This document shows positions 1 to 9,455 of a stretch of 64,000 nucleotides of DNA, piece after piece. Each line of letters opens with the position of its first letter. Positions within the stretch are counted from its first letter, which is position 1. A model generated the notes under the pieces. That model searched no databases, had not been told where the DNA came from, and was given only the letters and a program-made list of their open reading frames with translations. The position numbers were made by a program, and so were the translations under genes. The DNA comes from a virus. Taxonomy: Duplodnaviria > Caudoviricetes. The DNA lies in the IMG/VR virus record IMGVR_UViG_3300031867_000034, positions 1 through 64,000 of that record; one strand, 5' to 3'.

Positions 1-127
1 AGTTTAGACGAGGGGAATGAAAGATGGGAATGTCGATTGAGAAAGCAATAGAGATAATAAACCATTATTTAGATTATCCCAAAGAAGAAGTAAGAAAAGC
101 CTTATTAGTAGCAATAGAAATCATGCG
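1..127 (+). repeat. Exact 127-bp direct repeat, copy 1
   Basis: Base-by-base identical to 36347-36473; first mismatch at 128 (g) vs 36474 (c). Confidence 0.97.
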
Positions 128-260
128 GAAGTATCAGAAGATTGAACAGATATACAACTCATGGAGAACAGGCGATTATAAAGGTTCAAAAGAGTGTATG
201 GAAGATATGGGAGAGGTATTAGAAGATGGGAATAACACAACTAACCCAAAAAATAATTGA
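24..260 (+). CDS. Small mosaic-array hypothetical protein
   Basis: RBS GAGGGG; contains MRKYQKI and EVLEDGN linker motifs shared with ORFs at 36039 and 36370. Confidence 0.7.
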   Translation: MGMSIEKAIEIINHYLDYPKEEVRKALLVAIEIMRKYQKIEQIYNSWRTGDYKGSKECMEDMGEVLEDGNNTTNPKNN

Positions 261-438
261 ACGTGAATTTTGTCCTCGTTGTTTAAACTACATTGATAAA
301 CAGTATATATTCAGAGATTGTGAAAGTGGCATAACTATTACAATGGGAACAGTAAAAGATTGTAAATTTCATACTGATACAAGTTGGATATGTGATTTCA
401 AGGAGCAGGAAAATGGTAATGACAAGACAAAAGGCTGA
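226..438 (+). CDS. Small Cys-containing hypothetical protein
   Basis: CPRC motif; ATG lies inside the GAGGTATTAGAAGATGGGAATA linker. Confidence 0.6.
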   Translation: MGITQLTQKIIEREFCPRCLNYIDKQYIFRDCESGITITMGTVKDCKFHTDTSWICDFKEQENGNDKTKG

Positions 439-652
439 AACAATATTTGCCAATGTATTGACTGATGATACAGTTATTAAAGAGTTAAAAGAAGCACTGC
501 TGTTAGCCATTGAAGATATGCACAAGATGGCAGTGATTGAAGAAATTGTGAGGGTAGAAGATGAAAATAATGATTAGTGGAACATCACCCTACTCCATGA
601 ATGTGAAAATGATGATAGCAAGATATGTTCTGCGGAAAGTGAGAGGTAGAAA

Positions 653-1036
653 ATGGGAATGACGATTGAGCAAGCCGAAAAACTTCTTGATGATTTAGCA
701 ACACAGGAAGAACTTCTTTGTAAAAGAGCAGATGATGCAAGTGGTTATACAAGAAGTGGCAACGAAAGCATACGAACGAGTAATGCCAAGACGCACGAAC
801 AACATGTAAAGGAATACAGACAGATTCTTAGATATTTGGCAGAGTACCGATTGATGCAAGCCGACTACGAAAACCGCTTAAAGGCTGATATGGTGGCTAT
901 GCTTACAGAGATACAGTTGGAGATTGAGGGGCTTGAAGTCCCATTGTTATATCTTGCAGAAGATTACGAAGGTGGAGTATTAGATTGTAAAAAGATTATT
1001 CAACAGAAAATCAATGCATTGGAAGGAAAAACATAA
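653..1036 (+). CDS. Mosaic-array hypothetical protein
   Basis: RBS GAGAGGT; RLKADMVAMLTE(I/L)QLEIE block shared with 36572-36916. Confidence 0.7.
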   Translation: MGMTIEQAEKLLDDLATQEELLCKRADDASGYTRSGNESIRTSNAKTHEQHVKEYRQILRYLAEYRLMQADYENRLKADMVAMLTEIQLEIEGLEVPLLYLAEDYEGGVLDCKKIIQQKINALEGKT

Positions 1037-1367
1037 TGATAATATTAAAAATTGCATTAGTGTTTGTGGTATATGAAATAGGTTATTTTATGGGATATAA
1101 GCATTGCAGAGATTATATTGATGAAATAATGGATGAATATGAAGAGGATGAAGAAGATGAAATGTGATAGATGCGGAAGGGAAATAAAATATGCGCATAT
1201 TATACGCAAAACAAGCACAGTTGGTTTTATAAATTCTATTCTTAGTGTTCAGATGGAGCAATACCATTTATGCCCCAGGTGTGCCGAAAGTTTTAGAAAA
1301 TGGCTTTACATGAAAAAGAATTGATTGATAGATTATTTAAACAAAATATGGTATAATTATTAAAAGA

Positions 1368-1439
1368 TGCCCTTTAACCAAGCGGTAAGGTAATGGATTT
1401 TGATTCCATGATGCGCCGGTTCGAATCCGGCAAGGGCAG
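1368..1439 (+). tRNA. tRNA-Gln (anticodon TTG)
   Basis: Acceptor stem TGCCCTT/AAGGGCA, D-loop AAGCGGTAAG, anticodon arm ATGGA-TTTTGAT-TCCAT, T-loop GGTTCGAATCC; extended -10 TGGTATAAT just upstream; no encoded CCA. Confidence 0.93.
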
Positions 1440-1564
1440 TTTTGGAGGCATGATGATTGAAGCAACATTGTTGGTTGATATGATGGCAAAGTATATCAAT
1501 GAAAACGGCATAAAGGAACTTATGAAACTTGTTATGCAAGCGATAGAAGCCACAAAGGAGTAGC

Positions 1565-1996
1565 ATGGATATACGGCGCATTAATGAGCATTATGCAGAA
1601 ATCGGTAAAGAACTTATTGAAACGGAACCGGCATTAGAAGATATACGCTTTAGTGAAGCCACAATATGCTATCTATCAAGTGAACATGAGAAAGTGGCAG
1701 ATGGTAAAGCGGTATTAGGGCAATGTGAGAAAATCCAAGAGAAGTATAAATGGGCAATCCCATGTGATTTCACCATTACTCTATTTGAGCCAAACATTGA
1801 AAACCTTACGGAAGAGCAAATAAGAATTGTGATATTGCATGAGTTGTTGCATGTAGGCATCCGGGTAAATAACGAAACCGGCGAAGAAGATTATTATTGC
1901 AAGCCGCATGATGTTGAAGATTTCCGGTTATTGATTGATAGATATGGCATTGATTGGGCGAAGCCCGGAGAGGATTTTGAAATTATAAAGAATTGA
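1565..1996 (+). CDS. Putative phage metallopeptidase
   Basis: HELLH (HExxH) motif followed by HDVEDF, typical of the small phage metallopeptidase family. Confidence 0.7.
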   Translation: MDIRRINEHYAEIGKELIETEPALEDIRFSEATICYLSSEHEKVADGKAVLGQCEKIQEKYKWAIPCDFTITLFEPNIENLTEEQIRIVILHELLHVGIRVNNETGEEDYYCKPHDVEDFRLLIDRYGIDWAKPGEDFEIIKN

Positions 1997-2075
1997 ATGA
2001 ATTTGGTATAAAGCCGTAGGGCTTATATAATTTATTATCCCACCACGGAGGAACGATGGTAGAAAGGAAACTTAC

Positions 2076-2831
2076 ATGAAAGAGGTAGCAACAGTTTATA
2101 GAACGGAGGATTTATCTATTTTCAAAACACTAAAAGGGAATAGAGAAGTAAAAGAAAACCGGAAACAAACATTGGTTGAAAGCATTGATAAGCATGGATA
2201 TATTACAAATCCAATTATTGTTAATGAGCGTTTTGAGGTTATTGATGGTCAAGGTAGGCTTGCGGCATGTAAGGAATTAGGTTCACCAATTGATTATGTT
2301 ATTGTGCCCAATATTGGCATTGAAGAATGCATGGTACTTAACATGAATATGAAAAATTGGATGACAATTGATTTTATTGATAGTTATGCCAAGCAAGGCA
2401 ATGAGGATTATAAAAGAATCCTGGATTTAAGCAGAATGGGATTTGGTATAAGAACATATATGTATGCCAATGGGCTTTATGGTGGCACTACAATTGTGGA
2501 AAGTGTGATTAGAGAGGGCAAGGCAAAATCAAGCGAAGAAACATACCAAAATGCAAAACGTGCATTGGAATTTCTTAAAATTGTAAAGCCTTTTACAGAT
2601 AATGTTGATGGAAGAAAAACCGATCTTGAATCGGCTGTTTTATTTGCATATCGTGATGAAAAGTGTGATAACGATAGATTGATAGATTGTTTGGCAAAAT
2701 ATTATAGTAATATAGGGAATGTAATTAGTATTTCTGTTGCTATGGATGAAATTTCTAAAATCTATAATAGAAATCTTAAAGGCAAACCAAGATTATATTT
2801 GCGTGAGGATTATGATAGATTTAGGCATTAA
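2076..2831 (+). CDS. ParB/Sulfiredoxin-like N-terminal domain protein
   Basis: NPIIVNERFEVIDGQGRL motif; RBS GAAAGGA. Confidence 0.7.
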   Translation: MKEVATVYRTEDLSIFKTLKGNREVKENRKQTLVESIDKHGYITNPIIVNERFEVIDGQGRLAACKELGSPIDYVIVPNIGIEECMVLNMNMKNWMTIDFIDSYAKQGNEDYKRILDLSRMGFGIRTYMYANGLYGGTTIVESVIREGKAKSSEETYQNAKRALEFLKIVKPFTDNVDGRKTDLESAVLFAYRDEKCDNDRLIDCLAKYYSNIGNVISISVAMDEISKIYNRNLKGKPRLYLREDYDRFRH

Positions 2832-3044
2832 ATAATATTAAGGGCGGTTGGGAACATCCGCCCTATAAATCAAGGAGCCGTATGAATAAGAATGAAGAAT
2901 TAACTGGAATTGATACATGGCATATTGTGGCACCAATATTGGTGAAGTATATGGAAGAAACTGAATTTGGGTTATTGGGCAAAGCATATGTAAATGTATA
3001 TTGTGCATTAAAGTATTGGGATGAACACCACAAGGAGAGGAAAG

Positions 3045-3416
3045 ATGGCTAATAAAGAAGATAACTTAAAGCCATTTACAAGTGAACAAAGCCGAGAAGA
3101 AGCCGCCAAGAATGGCTCAAAAGGTGGAATTGCATCCGGAGAAGCAAGGCGCAAGAAAAGGGATTTAAAGTTAGCAATCCAGGCACTTCTTGAAGCAGAT
3201 ATAAAAGATAAAAAGACCGGCGAAACAATGAGCGGTGCGGAGGCTTTAGCCGTTGCACAGTTCAGAAAAGCAATGAAGGGCGATACAAAGGCTTTTGAAG
3301 TATTGCGTGATACATCCGGACAATCAGTTGTGCAAAAAGTTGCGGTTGCGGAAGTAAACCAAGATATAATTGATGATATTGAAAAAATGGTTATGAATGA
3401 TGAATTAAAAGAATGA
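3045..3416 (+). CDS. terS: Terminase small subunit (phage A)
   Basis: NLKPFTSEQSREEAAKNGSKGGIASGEARR motif; position upstream of TerL. Confidence 0.8.
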   Translation: MANKEDNLKPFTSEQSREEAAKNGSKGGIASGEARRKKRDLKLAIQALLEADIKDKKTGETMSGAEALAVAQFRKAMKGDTKAFEVLRDTSGQSVVQKVAVAEVNQDIIDDIEKMVMNDELKE

Positions 3417-3516
3417 TTCATAATTTATTCCGAGAAATATTGATTTGAATATAAAGCAAATAGCGAAAGTGGTACACCTTATGATATAATTAAAAGAAAA
3501 AGGAGTACCACTTTTT

Positions 3517-4095
3517 ATGATTGGAATATACGCTATCAAAAATAATGATAATGGAAAAATTTATATTGGACAAAGTAAGGATTTATCACATAGGAAATCC
3601 ACACATTTATATGATTTGAAAAATAACCGGCATCATAATGAAGTATTGCAAGCAGATTATAACAAGAATCCGGATGCTTTTGTTTTTGAAATATTATGTA
3701 AGTGTGGTGCAGATGATTTGGATGATTTAGAGAAGTATTATATTCAGAAATTCAAAAGCATTGATGCGAAGTATGGCTATAATTTAGATGGTGGCGGATT
3801 AAAAAATTTTACATGTTCGGAATCCACAAGAAAAAAGAGAAGTAATTTCCAAAAAGGCAACAAGAATATGCGTGGAGTTAAGCTATCTGAAGAATGGAAA
3901 AGGCATATATCCGAGGCAAACCAAAAGAAAAAAGTTATTTGCATTGAAACCGGTATTGTTTATAAAAGCTCCACAGAGGCGGCAAAACTAACCGGATTGC
4001 ACCGAACAAAGATTGTTTCCGTATGTACCGGCAACAGAAAAACAACCGGAGGTTATCATTTTAAATACTATGAACAAGAAAACATTGATAGATAA
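3517..4095 (+). CDS. GIY-YIG homing endonuclease with C-terminal NUMOD1-like HTH
   Basis: GIY(4)...YIGQS, conserved E, YNL; C-terminal VICIETGIVYKSSTEAA; overlaps the TerL start. Confidence 0.9.
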   Translation: MIGIYAIKNNDNGKIYIGQSKDLSHRKSTHLYDLKNNRHHNEVLQADYNKNPDAFVFEILCKCGADDLDDLEKYYIQKFKSIDAKYGYNLDGGGLKNFTCSESTRKKRSNFQKGNKNMRGVKLSEEWKRHISEANQKKKVICIETGIVYKSSTEAAKLTGLHRTKIVSVCTGNRKTTGGYHFKYYEQENIDR

Positions 4096-5338
4096 GCTGA
4101 TAAATAATCCGGTAGAGTATGCACATATTCTTGGATTTACAAAGCTAACTGAATTACATAATGAATGGATTAAAGATATGGTTATGGGCAAAGAAGATGA
4201 ATCGTTGGAGGCGCATAGAGGTTCTTATAAAACTACATGCGTTTCCTTTGCCATTGCTCTTATTATGATTCTGTTACCAAAATTAAGAATAATGTTTATG
4301 CGAAAAACGGATGATGATGTTAAAGAGGTTGTGAAGCAAGTACAAAAAATTCTATTAGACCCACATACACAATACATTGTATTTTGTTTGTATGGAGTTG
4401 AGTTGCGGTTTACTGTTCAATCAACAACAGAACTTAACACAAACTTGGTTGCTGATGTTAAGGGAACTTCACAATTAGTTGGTATTGGTACGGGAGCATC
4501 ATTAACCGGCAAACACTTTGATAGGATTTTTACGGATGATATTATAAACATTCGTGATAGAGTGTCAAAAGCCGAAAGAGATAGAACAAAACTTATATAT
4601 CAAGAACTTCAAAATATTAAGAACAAAGGCGGCAGAATCTTCAATACTCTTACACCTTGGCATAAAGATGATGCGTCAAGTATTATGCCGGAGCCAAAGA
4701 AATATTCTTGCTATGATACCGGACTTATTACGCCGGAAGAATTAGAGGAAATTAAATCAAAAATGTTACCTTCACTATTTGCGGCAAATTATGAATTACG
4801 GCATGTTGCAAGTGAGGATGTTATATTCACAAGCCCACATATTGGAGGTAATCCTGGAATGTGTGAACAAGGAATGGCACATATTGATGCGGCATTTGGT
4901 GGCGATGATTACACAGCATTCACAATCATGCGAAAAGCCGGCGGCAAATATTATATATTTGGAAAATTGTGGCATAAACATGTGGAAAACTGTTATAGTG
5001 ATATTAAGAAATATTATGCCCAATTTATGTGTGGTAAGATGCCCATAGAGGATAATGGCGATAAGGGATTTACCGCAAGGGATTTGAAGAAACAAGGCTT
5101 AAGGGCTTATACTTATCATGAGAGCATGAATAAGCATATCAAGATTACAACATATCTTCTTAAGATTTGGGATGATGTAATTTTTGTTGATGGCACCGAT
5201 GAAGAATACATAAACCAAATATGCGATTACAATGAGGATGCCGAACACGATGATGCGCCGGATAGTGCATCAAGTTTGGCAAGGCTCTTATTAAATAAAA
5301 ATGAAAATGCGTATCAATCCATCTTACAAGGGAGGTAA
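4070..5338 (+). CDS. terL: Terminase large subunit (phage A)
   Basis: Walker A-like HRGSYKTT, GASLTGKHFDRIFTDD, nuclease IDAAFGGDD and HDDAPDS. Confidence 0.9.
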   Translation: MNKKTLIDKLINNPVEYAHILGFTKLTELHNEWIKDMVMGKEDESLEAHRGSYKTTCVSFAIALIMILLPKLRIMFMRKTDDDVKEVVKQVQKILLDPHTQYIVFCLYGVELRFTVQSTTELNTNLVADVKGTSQLVGIGTGASLTGKHFDRIFTDDIINIRDRVSKAERDRTKLIYQELQNIKNKGGRIFNTLTPWHKDDASSIMPEPKKYSCYDTGLITPEELEEIKSKMLPSLFAANYELRHVASEDVIFTSPHIGGNPGMCEQGMAHIDAAFGGDDYTAFTIMRKAGGKYYIFGKLWHKHVENCYSDIKKYYAQFMCGKMPIEDNGDKGFTARDLKKQGLRAYTYHESMNKHIKITTYLLKIWDDVIFVDGTDEEYINQICDYNEDAEHDDAPDSASSLARLLLNKNENAYQSILQGR

Positions 5339-5341
5339 ACA

Positions 5342-6781
5342 ATGAGGACATATCAAGATTTATTGGCATTAGGTGATAATGAATCCTTGAGGAAAGATTT
5401 TATCATTTCCGCTATTGCAGACCACAAGGCAACACCGGAATACAAGATTGCCAAAGATGCGGAAATGTATATGAAAACATTAAATCCTACGATAATGGAA
5501 TATAAAAAGCTATTATATACCATTACCGGTGAGGCGGTGCCGGATAACTTTAGTGCCAATCATAAATGTGCATCTTCATTCTTCAAAAGATTTGTTACCC
5601 AGGAAAACCAATATTTGCTTGGTAATGGTACAACTTTTGGAAATGATGCAACCAAGGAAAGATTAGGTGGAGAAGATTTTGATGTGCAATTGCAGAAAGT
5701 CGGAAGGGCGGCGCTTATTGGTGGTGTGGCTTTTGGCTTTGCTAACTTAGACCATATCGAAGTATTTAAGTACACAGAGTTTAAGCCATTATGGGATGAA
5801 GAGGATGGAGCATTAAAAGCCGGAATCCGTTATTGGCAAGTTGCTGATGATAAACCATTAAGGGCAACACTTTATGAACTTGATGGATATACGGAATATA
5901 TCAAGCACAAAGATGGTGAATTGGAAGTGCTGAAGGAGAAAAGACCATATCAACAGATTGTGGCAAAATCCGAAGTAGATGGCACCGAGATTCTTGATGG
6001 GCAGAATTATCCAACATTTCCAATTGTTCCTTTATGGGGCAATCCGGAACATCAATCCGAACTTGTAACCATCCGGAGCCAAATTGATGCATATGATTTA
6101 ATTAAATCCGGCTTTGCAAATGATTTAGATGATGCAAGTATGATTTATTGGACTATAACCAATGCCGGCGGAATGGATGATGTTGATTTGGCACAATTCC
6201 TGGAAAGAATGAAGGTTGTTAAAGCGGCTGTTGTTGGTGATGATGCAAGCGGAAATGCAAAGGCAGAGGCGCATACAATTGATGTTCCTTACCAAAGCCG
6301 TGAAGCATACCTTACAAGGCTTGAATCTGATATGTACAAAGATGCAATGGCTCTTGATACAACACAGATTGCCGCCGGGCAAGTAACAGCCACACAGATT
6401 GAAGCCGCTTATGAGCCACTAAATGAAAAAGTGGATATGTTTGAATATTGTGTATTAGAGTTTGTGCATGGCATCCTGGATGTTCTTGGAATTGATGATA
6501 CTGTTTCATTTGTTCGCTCAAAGATGGCAAACAAGGCGGAAGAAATAAATGCACTTCTTGCCGGTGCTGAATACTTAAGCCAGGAATACATCACAGAAAA
6601 ACTTCTTACAATCCTTGGCGATATTGATAAGGTTGAAGAGGTATTGAATCAGATTGCAGATGATTCCATGAGCCGCATGAGCGGTGGCAACAATGAAGAA
6701 AATCTTCAAGAAAGTGAAGAAAATCTTCAAGAAAGTGAAGAAAATCTTCAAGAAGAGGATATAAATAATGAAGTTGGATGA
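5342..6781 (+). CDS. Portal protein, SPP1 gp6-like
   Basis: 479 aa directly after TerL; NHK..SFFKRFV.Q..QYLLGNG N-terminal motif; acidic tail. Confidence 0.85.
   Translation: MRTYQDLLALGDNESLRKDFIISAIADHKATPEYKIAKDAEMYMKTLNPTIMEYKKLLYTITGEAVPDNFSANHKCASSFFKRFVTQENQYLLGNGTTFGNDATKERLGGEDFDVQLQKVGRAALIGGVAFGFANLDHIEVFKYTEFKPLWDEEDGALKAGIRYWQVADDKPLRATLYELDGYTEYIKHKDGELEVLKEKRPYQQIVAKSEVDGTEILDGQNYPTFPIVPLWGNPEHQSELVTIRSQIDAYDLIKSGFANDLDDASMIYWTITNAGGMDDVDLAQFLERMKVVKAAVVGDDASGNAKAEAHTIDVPYQSREAYLTRLESDMYKDAMALDTTQIAAGQVTATQIEAAYEPLNEKVDMFEYCVLEFVHGILDVLGIDDTVSFVRSKMANKAEEINALLAGAEYLSQEYITEKLLTILGDIDKVEEVLNQIADDSMSRMSGGNNEENLQESEENLQESEENLQEEDINNEVG
6695..6754 (+). repeat. 21-bp tandem repeat (EENLQES x~3) in portal C-terminus
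   Basis: gaagaaaatcttcaagaaagt x2 plus an 18-bp partial copy. Confidence 0.95.
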
Positions 6782-7736
6782 TGGCTTTAAAGAATCCGAA
6801 AAGTTATTAAATCAGCTTGAAAAAGAAGTGCATGATGTGTATGCCCAGGCAACAAAGGAAATGACCAAGAAAGTTGATAATTATTTTGCTAAGTATAAGG
6901 CGGAAGATGAAAAGCAAAGAGCCAAATATGAGCAAGGCGAAATAACCAAGAAAGAATATACAGAATGGCGGCAAAGAAAGATGCTTGCCGGCAAACAGTA
7001 TGTACAAATGCGAGATACACTTGCAAGGGATTTAACCAATACGGATTCTATTGCCATGAAAATGGTTGGCGATAAGATGATTGATGTTTATGCCTTAAAC
7101 ATGAACTATGAAACATACAACATAGAGCATGAAACAAGGCTTGATACATCATTTTCGCTATATAACCATGATTCAGTTGAAAGATTGATTAAGACCAATC
7201 CGGCAATCCTTCCAATACCAAAGCCGGATAAGATGCTTGATTACAAATGGAATAAACAGCATCTTCAATCCGCACTTACACAAGGCATTTTACAAGGTGA
7301 ATCCATAACCAAGATTGCCAAGAGATTCCAAAATGTTTCCGGAATGGATGAAAGAGCCGCTATAAGAAATGCACGTACCGCCATGACCGGTGCCCAAAAT
7401 GGTGGAAGGCTTGATGCAATGGAGAGGGCAAATGAAAATGGTGTGGAAGTTAAAAAAGGATGGATGGCAACATTAGATGATAGAACCAGGGATAGCCATG
7501 TTGAACTTGATGGCGAAGAACGTGAAATTGATGAAGAATTTTCTAATGGTGTTATGTTCCCAGGTGACCCGGAAGGAGAACCGGCGGAGGTTTACAATTG
7601 CCGATGCCGCATGATTCATGTATATCCCAAACATCCGGTGGATTGGAGTGATTTAAGCCTTAGAAACACCGATAAATTTGGTAATATGACATATGAAGAA
7701 TGGAAAAACAAACATAAAGAGGTGGATGATGGCTAA
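6768..7736 (+). CDS. Minor head protein, Mu gpF/SPP1 gp7 family
   Basis: ARTAMTGAQN, WMATLDDRTRDSH, PGDPEG...YNCRC motifs. Confidence 0.9.
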   Translation: MKLDDGFKESEKLLNQLEKEVHDVYAQATKEMTKKVDNYFAKYKAEDEKQRAKYEQGEITKKEYTEWRQRKMLAGKQYVQMRDTLARDLTNTDSIAMKMVGDKMIDVYALNMNYETYNIEHETRLDTSFSLYNHDSVERLIKTNPAILPIPKPDKMLDYKWNKQHLQSALTQGILQGESITKIAKRFQNVSGMDERAAIRNARTAMTGAQNGGRLDAMERANENGVEVKKGWMATLDDRTRDSHVELDGEEREIDEEFSNGVMFPGDPEGEPAEVYNCRCRMIHVYPKHPVDWSDLSLRNTDKFGNMTYEEWKNKHKEVDDG

Positions 7737-8118
7737 TATTGAAGTTAAGATTACAAATGATAATGTTAAAGAAATATTAGCGGCAACAGATGAAGCCATA
7801 TATAATGCCCTGGAAATAATTGGAAATGTTGCCGCAGATTATGCCGCCGGATTAGCACCGATAGCAATCGGCAATCTTAAAAACTCTATGACAAGTGAAG
7901 TAAATCAACAAGAAAAGGCGGTGTATGTTGGAACGGCGGTTGAATATGCGCCATTTGTGGAGTTTGGGCACCATCAAGAAGTTGGGCGATATGTGCCGCA
8001 AATTGGCAAAAGGCTTGTAAGGGAATTTGTACCGGCAAAGCCATTTTTGGCACCGGCTATTGAAAACCATTTGGATGAATACAAAGATATTTTAGAATCT
8101 GAATTGCATATAAACTAA
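7729..8118 (+). CDS. HK97 gp10-like head-tail/neck protein
   Basis: GNLKNS, YAPFVEFG, PAKPFLAPA motifs. Confidence 0.75.
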   Translation: MANIEVKITNDNVKEILAATDEAIYNALEIIGNVAADYAAGLAPIAIGNLKNSMTSEVNQQEKAVYVGTAVEYAPFVEFGHHQEVGRYVPQIGKRLVREFVPAKPFLAPAIENHLDEYKDILESELHIN

Positions 8119-8121
8119 AAT

Positions 8122-8149
8122 TTGACAAGATACCAAATCTTGTTATACT
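8122..8149 (+). promoter_or_regulatory. Sigma-A-type promoter with an inverted repeat in its spacer
   Basis: TTGACA-16-TATACT; ACAAGAT-N5-ATCTTGT palindrome overlaps the spacer. Confidence 0.7.
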
Positions 8150-8203
8150 AAAAATAGGTAGTACACAATCTAGGGTAGCACCCGTAACAGCGAAAGGATT
8201 GTA

Positions 8204-8815
8204 ATGGATATTATAGAAATTTTAAAGAAACATGTTGATGAAGGTGGTAATATAAGCGCCACAAAGTTTACTGATGTAGCAAATGCCATTAACAATGCTG
8301 TTGGCAAAGAATTTGTTGAAAAGAAAAGATACAATGACAAGCTAACAGAGATTGATGCACTTAAAGGCGAAAAGCAGAATGCCGAGGATAAGGCAACAAG
8401 TGCCGAAAAGTGGAAAACCAAATATGATGCTTTGAAAGAGGATTTTGAAGCATACAAAAAGGATATAACCGCAAAAGAAACCAAGGCAACAAGAACAAAT
8501 GCCTACAAAGAATTGCTTAAACAAGCCGGTGTTTCCGAGAAAAGATTGGATGCCATAATAAAGGTATCTGATATTGATTCCTTGGAAATGGGCGATGATG
8601 GCAAATTCAAGGATGCTAATAAGATTCTTGAAAACATCAAAACAGAATGGGCGGATTTTATCACCACAACCGAAACTCATGGAGCAAACACAGCAACACC
8701 ACCATCGAATAATGGCGGTGGAAAAATGACAAAGGCGGATATAATGAAGATTAAAGATACTTCAGAGCGTCAAAAGGCTATTGCTGAAAACATTGGACTT
8801 TTTAGGGCAGAATAA
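8204..8815 (+). CDS. Capsid scaffolding protein (GP20-like)
   Basis: Coiled-coil, G..FV.K.RY motif, position upstream of the capsid gene. Confidence 0.75.
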   Translation: MDIIEILKKHVDEGGNISATKFTDVANAINNAVGKEFVEKKRYNDKLTEIDALKGEKQNAEDKATSAEKWKTKYDALKEDFEAYKKDITAKETKATRTNAYKELLKQAGVSEKRLDAIIKVSDIDSLEMGDDGKFKDANKILENIKTEWADFITTTETHGANTATPPSNNGGGKMTKADIMKIKDTSERQKAIAENIGLFRAE

Positions 8816-8873
8816 GAGAAACGCATGTGTGGGGTAGGTTCCCACCGCTCTTCTAATACAAAGGAGAGCATAT

Positions 8874-9416
8874 ATGAAAAGTGAAATTTGGAAACCCATA
8901 AAAGGCTATGAAAACTTTTATGAAGTAAGCAACAAGGGAAATGTAAGAAGTGTTGAACATTTTGCAGAAGTAAAAAGGGGTAAACAATCCTTTATTCGCA
9001 AAATAAAGGGCAAACAAATCCATAGCAATCAAAACATACATGGATATTTACAAGTTAGCCTTTGCAAAAATGGAAGTGTACGAACCCATGCAGTACATAG
9101 ATTGGTACTTGAAGCATTTGTTGAAAATGTAAATAAACTACCTTGTATCAATCATAAAGATGAAAACAAATCAAATAATGATTTGGATAATCTTGAATGG
9201 TGTGATTATTCGTACAACCATAATTATGGAACTTGCATCGAGCGCAACATGGAATCCCAAAAGAAAAGAGTTGCACAGATTAAAGATGGAATAGTTATAA
9301 AAATATGGGATAGTACAAATGAAGCCGGAAGAAATGGCTATACGCAAAGTAGTATATCTCAATGTTGTAGAGGATTAAGAAAACACCATAAAAAGTTTCA
9401 ATGGAAATATGTTTAA
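8874..9416 (+). CDS. NUMOD4-HNH homing endonuclease
   Basis: EIWKPIKGYENFYEVSNKGNVRS (NUMOD4), VHRLV..AF, INHKDENKSNN..NLEWC. Confidence 0.92.
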   Translation: MKSEIWKPIKGYENFYEVSNKGNVRSVEHFAEVKRGKQSFIRKIKGKQIHSNQNIHGYLQVSLCKNGSVRTHAVHRLVLEAFVENVNKLPCINHKDENKSNNDLDNLEWCDYSYNHNYGTCIERNMESQKKRVAQIKDGIVIKIWDSTNEAGRNGYTQSSISQCCRGLRKHHKKFQWKYV

Positions 9417-9455
9417 CGAGTTGTTCGGTATCTAACCATTAGGAGGAGAAAAACA

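Noticed and set aside
1368-1439. tRNA as an att site or prophage boundary
   Set aside because: No duplicated tRNA 3' end, no integrase and no host genes anywhere in the window.
1440-1470. tRNA-associated HDV-like (theta) ribozyme
   Set aside because: The tRNA is followed directly by an RBS and a small ORF; no nested double-pseudoknot pattern is visible.
3517-5338. Group I intron or intein in terL
   Set aside because: The endonuclease lies upstream and overlaps only the start; TerL motifs are contiguous in one ORF of normal length.
6695-6754. Portal tandem repeat as a phase-variation device
   Set aside because: The unit is 21 bp and in-frame, in a disordered acidic tail; copy-number change would not shift the frame.
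6768-7736. MuF polymorphic toxin
   Set aside because: The protein ends shortly after the NCRC motif, with no toxin extension and no immunity gene.
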